A DNA stretch of 62,970 nt, filler included, from Octopus bimaculoides (GCF_001194135.2; 4 parts of 4 records of this genome joined end to end with filler, not necessarily neighbours in it); one strand, 5' to 3'. Positions 37,829 to 52,350 are shown, counted from the first letter of the whole stretch. Numbers and translations: made by a program. Notes: generated by a model from the letters alone, not told the origin.

Positions 37829-39393
37829 CACTAGGCAACAAATTTCAACTTTTTTGTTACTGATTCCTACCAAATTTCTGATTTCAATTTCAAATCTGAT
37901 ATCTAAATTTCTCTATCATGCCCAGATTTTGTGTAACTGAAAACCACTATTTTTCATTTTCCCTCACCCACTTCTATTACGAAATCTGTTTATGAAATCT
38001 GTTTAAGCTACTTTTCCATGCCACGTTTAATGATAAGCATACTTAAATAATTAGTGAACAAGGATGAAGGTTTTCATTGCTCTTATGCAGTAATAATACA
38101 GCTTTGAGGCTAGCTTTACTAAAGCCAATGAACAGTTTTCATTCTTTTGAATCATAGTGAAAGTCAATCCTTTCCATCAGGCCACTGATGTTGTGACAGG
38201 AAGAAACGTTTTCCTCCTGTAAGTAAAATGATTAAAGCTGCAAATGGCTATGGTGGAAATGAAAAACTTTGGTGTTTGACCGGAGAAAATTTCATTCTTG
38301 AAGCCTGGAACCAGGCAACTCTGCCTTTTCTTTTGGTAATTCCAAATTGTGCACTAAGTCATTTAACACTGCTTGACTTAGCAAATGTGGGGAACTAGTT
38401 ACATCTGGAACATATATGCCATCTTTCCCTATTTCTATATCACTAGCAGAATCTTCGGATGAACTGCTGTCTTTTGGCATTGCTGGTGGAACTGGTGATG
38501 GATTCGTTTCATCATATGGTATTGGTTTTATTGCTGAATTTTGCAGTTTGGGTACATGATTTTTTTAATTTGTTTTTGTTTGTGAAACCAGCAATCTTTG
38601 TCAAACAAAAATAACAATCATTGAAGTGATTTTTCAGCTCACACCAAATCCTGGAGACTGAGAATGGCATAACTTCTCTCTTTCCATTCATCCAAGCTAT
38701 TAACATTGCATTGCACTGCGCACAGCACATTCATGGTGCCCAGTCCCTCTCTTGCTCTCCTAACTTACAGTGAAAATGATACTTCTAGGCAAGTTTAATC
38801 TTTGTTGTTATGTTTCTATGTTGTGGCTTAGGTACACCTTGTACAAATATATAGCAGAAGTTGTCTGAGTGAGTTACACAAGCATATCTATTTGATTTCA
38901 TTTTAATAACTATAGAATATCTGAAAAAAACCAAAAAATATAGAAAGTTGTTATAACAATGCACAAAATAAAAAGAAATATACACTGTAGTACAAAGCAA
39001 ATGTTATGAAAACACACAAGTCAGCACAGTCTGTTACTTGCTTACCAGTAGAGAGCTTCAACAACCACTTTACTTATCTGTCACATAGTGACTGACCGTT
39101 GGGCGGTTACTATGCTCTTGACTCAGTATTACAAACTCAGGATAAATTTTATAGATCAAAATCTTAAGAATGTGTATACAGGTGGCTAACAAAAATTGCT
39201 TCAACATTCAAGCAAATTTCATATTTCATATTAAGCTGATTGAAATCAAAATCTGGACGTTGTAGGAAATTTTACTAAGTGATATACAAAATACATGATA
39301 GGAAAAATCTAATTATAGATTTGAAATAAGCATACCGAAATTAGCTAGGAATACCTATTTGGTCTTCTGTAACCAAATCTTTGTTGCCTAGTG
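37829..39393 (-). mobile_element. Chapaev3-like (CMC superfamily) DNA transposon, internally deleted
   Basis: 14-bp TIR CACTAGGCAACAAA at 37829 and its reverse complement ending 39393, with similar subterminal motifs; flanks TAC/TAA. Confidence 0.7.
38020..38960 (-). pseudogene. Chapaev3-like transposase N-terminal half
   Basis: CVTHSDNFCYI...KLGEQERDWAP*MCCAQC...W.NGKREVMPF...IWCELKNHFNDCYFC...LNDLVHNLELPKEKAELPGSRLQE...LFIGFSKASLKAVLL. Confidence 0.75.
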
Positions 39394-40761
39394 TAATTTA
39401 AAATAATCCTTATTTTCAGAAAATAATTTTTTTACTTCACATTAGGGATGTATTTTTTACTTAAAACTTCTTGACTCATCACATTATATACGTAAGCATC
39501 ACCTTTATTTTTGTCTACACATAAATATACTATCATATGTTACATATTATCACTCTTTATACACTCATGATATTTCTGAAAATTAAAGTTTCCACCCACT
39601 AAAGGGAAAGTAATGTGCTTATTACAAAACATTGGTAGTGATCAATACTTTAGTTAGAGTCTTGTTATACTCATTTCGTGAATGTTTTATATCTCTCTTC
39701 TTCAATTTCCAGGTGCTATGTTTCATATCTATAATGATATCATGTATCATAATGTCCTTTATGCAATTTTCTATTAATTCTTTTTTCACATATAGAAAAG
39801 AAATACATTTTGTGTCAACAAAGAATCTTAGAACCTAAAGCAATAGATTCTGTGTTTTATATTTTTATCATTTTCTTCTCACATTTTTCTATTACATAAT
39901 GTACATAATACATATTACTCAGTTGTATAATATCAATGAAATGTATTAGTATGGTGCCAAATTATTTAATTTGTGTCACAGGTTAAATTTTCATTGCCAT
40001 AAGTATCAATTAGTTCACATCTTTTATGAATTAAATATTAGTATAAATATTGAGTTAATCTAATCTCATAAATGATGATTTCTTCTTGCACTTGATAATC
40101 TGATTTTAATATTATTTGCTTTTCAAAGTGGAATTAATCGCAATTCATTATAAAAATATTTTGTTTAATTAAAGTTATTGACACTGCTCACTTGCATTTT
40201 TTTCAGATTTTGGGATTAAAAAAGAAAGCTCTTTTTACTCTAAGATACTCAAAGTTTTCTCTCAATATTATACAGTACTACACAATGAGCACTAATATTA
40301 TGACATAAGTTATATATCTCACTGCAACACAGTCACTGACTAACAAAATAACACACCAACACAATTCATTCTATACACAATCATAACCCAACACTAATAC
40401 AACCCACACAACAGATATGCTTCACTACTACCAACCAATAAAATAACGCAGATGACATGATACATAGAAATGTAATCATCACCCTACACTGTAATACAAC
40501 TGTAGCAGGCTGGATGTGATGTGCCATATCAATTTGATATGATGTAGCCCACTACTTAATGTAGTGTATAGATGTAATGCTTGAAGGTTCTCACATTGGA
40601 ATACCAGTAAACATCGAAGAATTTATACTAAGAAGGAAGAAATGTTGTTTACATATGTTTATTCGTTTGCCCAACAGGTAGTTAAAGAGACAGTAGCAAT
40701 TTTAGAGATAGTGTATTTCATGTTATTTGCACCGTTGGTAACATCCTGTACCACTATATGC

Positions 40762-40789
<28 letters not shown>

Positions 40790-40793
<4 letters not shown>

Positions 40794-41192
40794 TCTTTTA
40801 CTCTTTTACTTGTTTTAGTCATTTGACTGCAGCCATGCTGGAGCACCACTTTTAGTTGAGCATATTGACCCCAGGATTTATTCTTTGTAAGCCTAGTACT
40901 TATTCTATTGGTCTCTTTTGCCAAACTGCTAAGTTACGGGGATGTAAACACACCAGTGTCAGTTGTCAAGTGATGTTGGGGGGACAAACACAGACACACA
41001 AATATATATATATATATATACATATATACGATGGGCTTCTTTCAGTTTCCGTCTATCAAATCCACTCACAAGGCTTTGATCAGCCCAAAGCTATAGTAGA
41101 AGACACTTGCCCAAGGTGCCATGCAGTGGGACTGAACCCGGAACCATGTAGTTGGGAAGCAAGCTACTTACCACACAGCTACTACTGCACCT
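40790..41192 (-). mobile_element. SINE family B, best full-length copy
   Basis: Head tagctgtgtggtaag (A box)...gggttcagtccc (B box)...gcaccttgggcaagtgtctt; internal (TA)n; tail caagtaaaagagtaaaagaat. Confidence 0.85.
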
Positions 41193-42019
41193 AAACGTAA
41201 AGACTGACGAAATACTGTTAAGCATTTCACCCGGCATGCTAACGTTATTTAATTGAATGCGGTGCATCCATTTCCAAGTAAATATATATATATATATTTG
41301 TGTGTGTGTGTGTGTATACACACATATATATATGTGTGTGTGTATGTATGTATGTATGTATATATATATGTGTGTGTGTGTATGTGTGTATATACATGTG
41401 TGTATTGTGTGTGTCTGTGTGTCCTTATACACACACACGCACACACACGCACACACACACACACACACATCAATTTATATTTGTAGATGCACACATACCC
41501 ACAGATATACATATATACAAATATATTCATATAACCACAGAATAACACGTATCTGCTCATGTATACAAATATATATCATGCAAATCAATATAAATTTGAC
41601 ACCTAGATATACACTCAACTAAACATAGGCATAAAAATGTAGCAACATAGATACACTAATAGACATATGTAAAATGTAATGCGCACTCTTGCTATATATA
41701 TTTATTATCCTTAGAATTTTTTTTATGGTGTTGGCTTTTGTGTAGATAAGACAGAGATAATTTAGTAGAAATTAAGAGAATAAAAACTAGAACTATTTGG
41801 CTGGCTGTATAGATTATCTGCTAGCTAGGTTATAAACCTGTCAATGCATACTTGTGCTTAGAAAGCCACCTGTATATACACACACACACACATATATACA
41901 CACATACACACACTCAGACATACATTCATACACACTCAAACACAAACACACACTCACACACATCTTCCCTCTGACATACAAACATACATATGCACATAAA
42001 AACTGGCACTTCATTGGTT

Positions 42020-42355
42020 ACAATGACAAGGGTTCCAGTTGATACGATCAACAGAACTGCTTGCTCATGAAATTAACATGCAAGTGGCTGAGCTCTTCAC
42101 AAACACACATACCCTTAACTTATTTCTCAGGAAGAATGTGACAAGGTTAGCCCCTTGAATTACAAGTACAACTCAGTTTTGCAGAATGTGACAATGTTAG
42201 CCCTTTGAATTACAAGTACAACTCAGTTTTGCAAGCTGCATGGACAGTAGCAATGTGAAATAAAGTGTTTTGCTCAAGGATATAATGCCAAAAATCAAAC
42301 TCACAACCTTGTGACCATGAGATGAATACCCTAATAACTAAGCCATGTGCCTTCA
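42020..42355 (-). mobile_element. tRNA-derived SINE family D with an internal 50-bp tandem duplication (42133-42232)
   Basis: Minus head ggcacatggcttagttattagg...gtgagtttgatt...ccttgagcaaaacactttatttcac. Confidence 0.65.
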
Positions 42356-43288
42356 CACATATACATATATATTGACATATACAAACATACATACAAGATT
42401 CATTGACCTTGGGAAGGCTCTGGACATTCAGTAGCTCTTGTATTTACTATGGAAATTGTATATAGATAAATGATTTGTCAAGCAGTGCAACCCAGTTGCA
42501 GAGTATGATATTGTATGATTGTGAAACTAAGTGATAAAGCATGTAGATGGAAAGAAATGAGGTGGGCATGCTCCACTGGATATGTATAATTATATGTTCA
42601 TGAATAAAAGAACACATGAATGACAGAATTGAGAGATAAACTAAAAGTATGAGAGGAATTAGCTGTAGTATGTGAGTGAAAATATTTATAAAGTTACAAA
42701 CATGGTGTGTATGGAGGAAGTCAGTTGGATAAAGATGTGCTAAACAATAGAAGTAGATCTTGCTCTTGGGAAAGGCTGAGAAAAATGTTGGAAGCCATGC
42801 AAGCTGATGTCAAAATCATAAAAGGGATAAGATGGTACCACAACTGAAGGTAAAAAGTTATGATGGTGATGATGACGATGATAGTGAAGACAATGACTAG
42901 GGTGATGTGAATGAAGACAGTGATGATGATGAAAACAACAGTGGCACTTCTTGTTCACTGAAATATATGGAGCAGACAACTAAAGGATTAATAACTTTGA
43001 CCACTCTCTATTATACTATTGAATATTAAAGACATTTAAAGTCTTGAGATAATCTAAGGATTAGTGGTTACTTGTGATAATCCTGTCTTTAAGAAACACT
43101 GTATATAAGACTAAATTACGTATTGTAATCTTACCGCATTAAGAGATGGTTAGAACTGATAAGAAGATTTAATTGTTATTCAATGCAAGCTGAGCTCCCT
43201 TGTAAAAGCTGCCTCATCTTGCTATTTATCTGCCTCTCTGTTTATCTACTTTTTCTTTATTACATACAGACACTTAAGAATATAAACT

Positions 43289-43331
<43 letters not shown>

Positions 43332-43590
43332 CGTGCATGCACAATTACATACAGTAGTCCCACAAGGTAGGCAGCATTCAAATATTCATACCTCAAATAC
43401 TGTTTTACTAATATGGTGACATTGTAAAAATATACCTTTTAACACGTTCAAGTTCAAACATACATGCAGACATATATACTAAGTTACAGGAAGCACACTC
43501 TAACAAAACACATAGTGACATACAGGTGCATGCACATACACACACACACACACGCACACACGTACACACATACACACACACTCACACACA

Positions 43591-43634
<44 letters not shown>

Positions 43635-44449
43635 AACACTAACAAACAGAATTTAATCCTCTCAGGATTATCTTTTGATGAGTAAACAACTGTTGTGTAT
43701 AACTCACTTTGATTAACTGTCAATTCATTTGTGGATTAAAACAAAAATCAAAGTAACGGACATCCATTAGGCTGATATAGCATCAGTGGTAAATATACAG
43801 TTTTGTGTTGATAACAAACTAAAATTATGACAAAATTCTGTAGAAATATCAAAATCATTTGACATTGCATCAGTCTGCATCACAAAGTAAGATATTAGAA
43901 GAAAGATTAATTTCATTCACTTCTAAAAAAATATAAACATGCCTCAGATGTTAGTCGTTTATATTTTCATATATAAAACTGTAAACATTTGGGAACATTC
44001 AGGATGTTTTCTCTAAACATCAGATATTAGTTAACATCATAAATATAATGGTTTTTAGATTTCATTTTTTTAAAATTTAGATCAATACTAAATTTTTGTC
44101 TTTAGCATGTGTGAGGAGTTAAGTATATTAAATAAAAAAAATAACAACAATCATTTTAATATTAAAGTTTGAATGATATGATTGCCCATTTTCTTATGGA
44201 TATTGAAATGTTAGAAGAAGAGTAAAAATAATAAATACCAATTTTCATAAATAATGATTAAATAATATTTATAGACCCCATCATGTATTATTTATGGAAT
44301 TGCCTAACATCTGGAATGCATTGTTATTGAGGAAGTAGCTTATAATCTTCATGATAATATCAGTAAGTGGAAGACCTTGTATAGCAGCTCACTACTATTT
44401 ATACAGAGCTTTAAGGAATTTTATCAACCTGAAGCTATAAATCACTGTT

Positions 44450-46800
44450 ATGAGATGAAATAACTAGAACAGTGAGAAAAAATTAAATGTTTCAATTTTA
44501 GCAATATAATATGAGCTCTCCACTGCACTCAAATAATTTTCTCTGGTTTTATTCCAGTTCAATCACTCTACTGCACTCAATGCCTTTTATCCAACACTCT
44601 CCCAATCCTTTCAGTCCACAATAACATTCATGAATTATTTACAGGTAATTAATTAATGCTTCAATTATTGGATGGGTCATGGGTTGTTTTAACATTTTTA
44701 AAAACCTTTATCTAGTATTATTTGATGGTATACCATTAGAAGTTGTTTTACTTTCCACTTACATGTTTAATCTTGCTGTCATATGTTCTATGCCAATATA
44801 GCAGCAGAAATTGACTGGAAATCTACAGGAAGCACATGCATGTATTCTACTAATAGCTTTCAAAGAATTCCTCAACTTTATCATGTCTTACTTCTTAAAT
44901 TGTCTGAGATTCAAGGATTGTTTTACAGATTGCCTAAATAAACATTTCTACAAATATCTCAATATGGATGTCATTGAAACTTATATTTGTCACATTTCCC
45001 TCAGTACACATATAGAAATCCTTCTCAAACTCCCATCCTCAGGCCATCAGCAGTTCAATTCTATATGCACCAATTATTGAAAACTTTTGTCTTCACAGCA
45101 ACACATAAAACCAACCAGTATTGATAACTTTCTAGTTATTATTTCTAAACATTGACACCTATTTTCACTAAACTTTTCAGTCTAACTAATATGAATAATA
45201 GTGATTTTCTTATTCAGGACAAGCAATCTCACTAAGCCTATCAACTAACAACCTCACTGGCAAACTTGTAAAATTGTTTTAGACTTTCATTATCACCTTG
45301 GTTCTCTCCCAGATACAATGACCATCTATATGGTTTTCGTAGAACCAGTTCTACTGAAGATCTGATTTTTTATGCCACACATTCTTGTGAATTACAGGAA
45401 TACAGATCACTGTTGCTCTTCACATCAACAAAAACCTCAATAATATTTGTCAAGGGGAATCTTCTTTGGGCAAATTGCTCATCTAGGAACTACATCCATC
45501 TTTTGGTTCAGAAGTTTGTTGCCTGTCTGCTCTATTGTAACACATTTCAATGAGTTTTTCTGTTAGTTCAGTTATGCATTGGTCTTTGATTAAGTCACCT
45601 ACATTTTCCTGCACATCAACAATTTGTTTGTTGTTCTATTTGCTGTAGCTGAAAGTATCTCATTTCTATTGCTCCAATTTCATCTGCTATCTCTAGAACT
45701 TTTCAAACTTCAACTAACTGTTTTTCTACTATCTCTCACCCAGCATTGAAGCTTACCTACAATCTTTAGTGACCTCAATGCTCACAATTCTTATTGCATC
45801 ACAACCTTTCATCCCTACTCATACTCTAAAAGACATACTTAGAAGCGTGTATTAAGAGAATGTGTGCACAAGTACATCTGTGCTCTTTCACTACCAAACT
45901 GTGTTACTGCTTAATCAAGGCAATCCACCTTACAATAACTTATTGTACAAAATGACTCCCTATATTCAATAACAGCAATGAATATTCAATAACAGCAATG
46001 GATGAATGTTCTACTAATTATATTCTGAATATTTTTGGCAGTAAATGGGTTCACCTATAACTTGTCTGAAGCAGCTAATAGTTGGATATGCCCAGAAAAA
46101 TATTACCTTCTTGGGCATGTCCATCTATATCCCTTTGAAGCAAAGCCCTTTTACTCCAGACATCAAATTGGATCAGCTGCAGATTTACTACTGAAGAACA
46201 CTGTCTACAGATGTCAATACCAACTTGGAAACATTCATCACTATTCATAAAACATGTCAGACAGCCACTGAGAAAATACAGCCTGCAAGCTTTTGCAGCT
46301 TTTCCTTGTCCTTTCCCTAGACAATCTTTGCTAACATCACCAAAATTTGTTACTTGAATATCTCCAATCCAAATAGACATGCTTGTAGACTTCACTACAT
46401 TTCTTGCAGTTTAATTACTGCATAGAAAATACTTTCAGCTACTTTGTAAGCCTTGATTTATAGACTCATCTCAACCATTGGCAGCCTATTGTCATTTTGT
46501 ATCCTGCAGTGATTTTATCAGTACAAAAATAATTTGTGTATCTCTTAATTAGTAACTACTACTTGAGAATTCATTGTCAATGCTTCTTTTCTTCCCATAA
46601 TCTCTACTTTGTTTCATCTTCAAGTTCTATACTAAAGACTTGACTTAGTCTTTCCTACTTTAAGCTGCTTCTCTGTGCAACCCAGTCTCTAACAATGTTT
46701 TCATACAAGCATTGCCTATAGAATCTCAAGCTCAATATCAACTGCCCTCCTACATTGACTAAGTAAGAATGGAAAAAGATTACAACATTTAGGTTTTTCT
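44450..46800 (+). pseudogene. Old CR1/L2-like LINE ORF2 remnant
   Basis: NDHLYGFRRTSSTEDLIFYATHS (..HQYGFR..RST.DL...T..W) and later degenerate post-RT motifs; heavily broken. Confidence 0.55.
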
Positions 46801-48417
46801 TTCTTTGGAAAAGAGTACTTACTTTGTCTCTTCCACAATCTCCTACCTACAGAAATTATCCATGCTTACTTTAGACATATTTCATAAATGCATTTTATGA
46901 ACAGATCCCCAAATAAGAGCAGAAACCATTACCTCAGATGCTGTGCAAAAGTATTTAAACTCAGTATAAAGTAACACACCTAGGGAAATTCTTCTTTCTC
47001 AGAAAAAGCACACAGTTAAATTTCAGAAACCTCTGCAATTGTAATGTGATGTATTATGTAATATGAGTTGAAACACGATAAATGTATGAAACAAGAACAC
47101 CAAATGTACAGTTCATAACATGAACTATGATATATGTACAGTAGCATAATATGATGTGTGCACCATAACACGAAGTATGTTATATGTATAGTACTATAAC
47201 TCAAATTTCAATGTAAGCAGAGTGCTATAACACTTTGTATGTATTAGTGTACACAGTATGTCCACAACTGCTGCTGTACTTTAAGAAGTACAGCCAGACA
47301 TGAGCTAATTACCATAATAAATGTTGAAATATGGCACCTAAAGACAATCCACAGTCTGATTTTTTGTTTCAGTTTTAGAAAATAACTCAACTCTGAAGAC
47401 AATCCTATATTAAATACTTACTAAGATGATGTAACTATTCCATACAAATAACTAGACTCTGTTCCATTCTAAGCATTTTATTTTAACCAATTTTCTATGA
47501 ACAATTTGTCAAGAAATTTACTATGAATCCCACCCCCAAACACTGACCAGCTGGTTATGATGTTTTAAGGGTTATATAGTTATTGCATTTCCTCCTCAAA
47601 ATGAATATTCTATTATCTATTTGTCACAAAGGCATCCCTTTGAATTAAACGATAAACAAGATTTAATTTATGGACTATCCATTTAGTTTGGTAGGACACA
47701 GGAATTAAATCTATGAAGAATTCATCAAATAAGAATATAATACTTCGAAAAAGTACTGGGAACATCTCAGATATGTATGAATAAAATGACAGTTCACTTG
47801 CTCTTCTCATATCTGTGTGATTGTCTCCGATTATTATATTTTCTTTTTGCTTTAATTTATACTAATTGGTAAGAGTAAATTACCAGATACTTGGAAAAGA
47901 TTTCAGTAAAAATATATTCAGAAACCTTGACGTATAAAGTTGTCTAGCACTTGTCAAGAGATATTTCTGAATTTTTCTTTCATATCTTGTCGCAACAAAT
48001 ATCTACAATAAATCCAAATGCCCTCTAGGGATACCAATCGCAATAATTTTCAGAAAATATCTTGTTATCACTATGTTCTCAGAGGCAATAACAGTGTCTA
48101 GCTATTGAAAATGTTTTTTTTACTTTTAAGTCAAGTGTAAAATGAAAAACGATGTCATAGTCCAAATGTGTTATTTCTATCTATCTGATCAAGTGTTTAA
48201 AATGAATAAGAACAGTTCTATATATTATATAATACAGAATAGTATTTACATAGAAGATTAATGTTGTCTAGAAGTTGGACATTTGTTTTACACAAGAAAA
48301 AATTGATACAGAGGTCTGCCTCTTGCTTTCTCTTTCTTTCTTGTAAACAGACACCCATAAAAAAACTATGGTTATATGAGGAAATACTCACACACACACA
48401 GTCAGGCATATGTATAT

Positions 48418-48456
<39 letters not shown>

Positions 48457-48465
48457 CACACGCAT

Positions 48466-48497
<32 letters not shown>

Positions 48498-48752
48498 TGA
48501 TTTTATCTATTTTCTTTCTCTATCATCCTTTCATTTCTATCTGAGAGAAATGAAAGTTTCCTGTTTGATATGAGCAATTTAAAGAGAATAAGTTTGAATA
48601 TTTTATGTTGCCTAATATTTACCTGCTGACTTCCAGCTAAATCTGAAGTATTTCACACTTTTATATCTTCCTTTAGGGACATTTTTTTCCCTCTTTAATA
48701 TTTACCAGTTACCTTTAATCCCATTTATTCTTTACAAATACATGAATTTTCC

Positions 48753-48783
<31 letters not shown>

Positions 48784-48935
48784 GCAACAATATTGATACC
48801 TTTAATATCAACTTCATCTCAGTCTTTAAGAATTAATGTGTAGATAAAGTAGCCAACTCAAATGTCAAGTTATATATCTGTGCACATATGTATACATATG
48901 TTTGTTTATGCATCTGTGTGTACGATATATGTGTG

Positions 48936-48984
<49 letters not shown>

Positions 48985-49858
48985 ATACATACATGTGCAC
49001 ACACACAAGCACTCACAGTTACTCATACGTGTTTAGCTACAGACATATAGTAACATTTCTCCACATTCATGCAATTTGGAAGTATGTAACTCATTCATAT
49101 TACGACACATTCCATTTGTTTTTGCTAGGTTTTCCTATGACTTTTTGGATGACTACACTCACTATCATTCCAACTCAGGCTTGGCCTTGATGGTTAAAAC
49201 AAATTGAGAAACTACTATCTGAACTGACATCTAAAAGAAGTAACTACTCAAAATCAGAAATAAAAACACAGCAACATAAATTCAGTTTCAGTGCTTCAAC
49301 ACATCAAGCTTACTGATTTAACAGAGCAGATTTCATGAGTGATTTACACTGATCTAGCAGTTGTTAATAGTAAAGCAGATACCAGCATAATTGATGTGGT
49401 GAACAAAGAAATTATAATTAAAATTTCTTGGGTTACTAATCAAATGTTGCTCACTTTCCTATAATGTTTTTATACACCAGACAGACAATCATATATGCAG
49501 ATGTCTGTTGCAGTCGTATACATAAGTGTTAGTATTTTTGCTTTAACTCTTTGCTAAAAATGCCAAACATTTTAAAACTTACCATCTCATATGCTAAATT
49601 AATATTACTTTTTGTAAACTACTGAAGACCAGTATTTTTGATTAACTAGCACCATATATATAACTTGTTGGCATCTGGGCTTTCCTTTACTTTGACTACC
49701 TCTCTGATTTGAGTATATGAACTGTAAACTGTAAGTGCAAAGTGCTGACTGTGTCAGCTAATAGATTGAAAAGAAATTATATACAGCAATATGCAATATA
49801 GCTTTAGGAAACCTGCAGTTGTTGTATTGTTGTATGTGTGTATCTTTGTGGTATTGTA

Positions 49859-49917
<59 letters not shown>

Positions 49918-50369
49918 TGTGTGTCTTTATGTGTGCAGACAGCAGCTTCACTGGTACATGGTTTTGGGTCTGATCCCACTGTATGGACCCTTGGGTATAT
50001 AACTTTAATCAAAGCCTCTGGTAGACAATAACTTGCAGGTGAAAGTAGCTAGTTGGAAATTGTAAGGAGGAATGTTATTAGACGTGTGTGTGTTCTTGTG
50101 TGTGCATACATACTTTTCTCCTGACCACTTGGGTAGCTGTGACCTTTATTTATGTCTGGTATAAACAATACGTCCCATGACTTGGTGGCTCAAAGTGCAA
50201 ATAATAGTTAAATAAAGTACCAAACTTGCGAACAAGTAAGGTTTGTCACCGGAAAGGGTTTCCAACCATATAATACTTTCTTGCAAAAGTTTTGTTCAAC
50301 TTATGCCAGCATTGAAACAATAGACACAAAAACAGTTATTGATGATAATATAGGAATGACAGAAGGTTT

Positions 50370-50610
50370 TTTTCAGGACCAGTTTTAACAATCATAAATC
50401 TTCCTTTAATATTCAGAAGGCACATATGTCACATGCCTAGCTAAACATATGTGGTCATTGAAAAAAAGAGCCATAGGTTACAACATTAAATGGAGAGTGC
50501 TGGAAAAGTGCAAGCCTTACTTAAAAATGTATCCGGTGCAGGCTATGCTTACCTGAGAAAACAACTTTACTAAAGAACTCACTTCACCAGAACACCTACC
50601 TAAACTTCAA
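50370..50610 (+). pseudogene. Penelope-like GIY-YIG C-terminal fragment
   Basis: TCLAKHMWSLKKRAIGYNIKWRVLEKCKPY / RCRLCLPEK. Confidence 0.75.
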
Positions 50611-50699
50611 GAGTGAGGTTTCTCCTTTATGTACATATGAAAGGAAGTATGAAGCCAGTTACCTATGAATTTCACCATGATTATAAACATTAGGTCTTC

Positions 50700-52100
50700 C
50701 ACCATCAGCCTTCCTACCCCCAAAACCTTAGAGTCCAGAATTGTGTTGACCATGTCCAACCTCACATGCATAAGCACATATATGGATATACATCCTCACA
50801 TGGGTTTTAAAATGTTCTTGTGTATGTTGGCCCTGTGCTCTGGGACAAAGTTGTCACATACGGCTTGCATTATAGGCATGAAATGTTTGAGTTTCATGTC
50901 AATGTCTGGTGTGGAGAGACATTTAGGCCTATCTTGTTTGAAGATCTCTTTCTCAATCAATTTCCAGTTAGCTTAATGAAAGTTCAGACTAAAGAGATTT
51001 CGAGTGCTTCATATAGGCTGTATATCTGGAAGAGCTTTTGGTCCATACATAGACAGCTCTACTATGCTGTGATCCAAGATTAGTGTCAGTGTCACTTTTA
51101 CATTATGGATGATGTTTGTGAAGCAGAAATTCAGTATATTATTTAGTTTGTTGGTTGGAGCACAATTTGCTCCATGAATGAAGTATGGTAGGGTTGAGCA
51201 GGGACCCCACCTGTGTTTGTTGGTGGTGTGTCATTCCTGAGAGCATTAGTCCCTTCAGCCATCTCACATTGGTGAAGTTGAAGTGACCCAAAAGGAATGC
51301 ACTGATGTGGTTTGGTGAGAAATTTCCCTATCTTTGCAAGGTAGTCTTCAAGTGTATCTGTGTGATTTGAAGCATGTAGTGGGTGATAGATAGTACATAG
51401 AACAATATTAAGTTGTCTTATGTGTACAGTTCGGGTGTCACACACTGAATTTGAATATGAGAGCAGGACCTGGAGTATGAGGTCCCCTTGAATGTATACT
51501 GCAACTCCATTATGACTCCTTTCTCTTCTGCTTGTTTGTGTTACAACATATTTGGGTATGTATAATTCTGCACCCCCTATATCAATTCTAAGATCTGTTT
51601 CTACAAATGCTATACATAGAGCATGATTGCATTCAGCAAGGTCTCTTGGGAAAGTGATTTTTATTTTGTAGCTGAGGTGCGCCAGACCTCCAATGTTTAA
51701 AAGAAACATTAATGTAAGGCTTGTGTTGGTGTTAGTAATGGCTATGCTTATCTGTCGACTGTGGGGGCCTTGTATAGTTGTGGGGGTGGTTCCAAGTCTG
51801 TGCTCGATGTAGGCTGTTAGCTGCTGCACAGTTTTTTTCTATCATGCAAAAAAAAAAAGCAAGATTTTTCTTCAGCTGCTGCTATTTTCACTTCTGGGTC
51901 AGACTGGCTGTTTGGAATGGCATGCATATTATGTCTGCATATTACCTTTAAGGAGTAGATAGTGTGTAATTTTTTCTTTGGTGCCTTTCTTTTTGTCCTT
52001 TTCCTGGAAAGGAGTTTTGTTTTTAGACTCATGCAGTTTTGGCAGGGTTTCTGATAGGCAAAATGGCAGTTTGCACTCTCGTCACCATGACAGCAGTTTC
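50700..52100 (-). pseudogene. LINE apurinic-like endonuclease (ORF2 N-terminus) remnant, CR1/L2-like
   Basis: LNIGGL..CIAFVETDL..ELYIPKYVV..SRRERSHNGVAVYI..VLCTIYHP, followed by DHSIVEL and LNFH*ANWKLI. Confidence 0.75.
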
Positions 52101-52129
52101 CTTGCCGGTAAAATCTGCATATGCTCTTT

Positions 52130-52350
52130 TACTCTTTTATTAGTTTCAGTCATTTGACTTCAGCCATGCTGGAATACTACCTCTGGTTGAACTAATCAAC
52201 CTCAAGATTTATTCTTTGTAAGCCTAGTACTTATTCTATCGGTTTCTTTTGCCAAACTGCTAACCTACGGGGATGTAAACACTCCAAAATTGGTTGTCAG
52301 GTGATGGTGGGGGACAAACAGACACACACATAAATACATACATATGTATA
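52130..52350 (-). mobile_element. SINE family B 3' half, ending at (TA)n and a gap
   Basis: Homologous to 40790-41000. Confidence 0.8.

Noticed and set aside
47613-48020. Minus-strand reading frame of about 130 codons
   Set aside because: Interrupted by two stops, the implied intron would be about 22 nt, and no recognisable homology.
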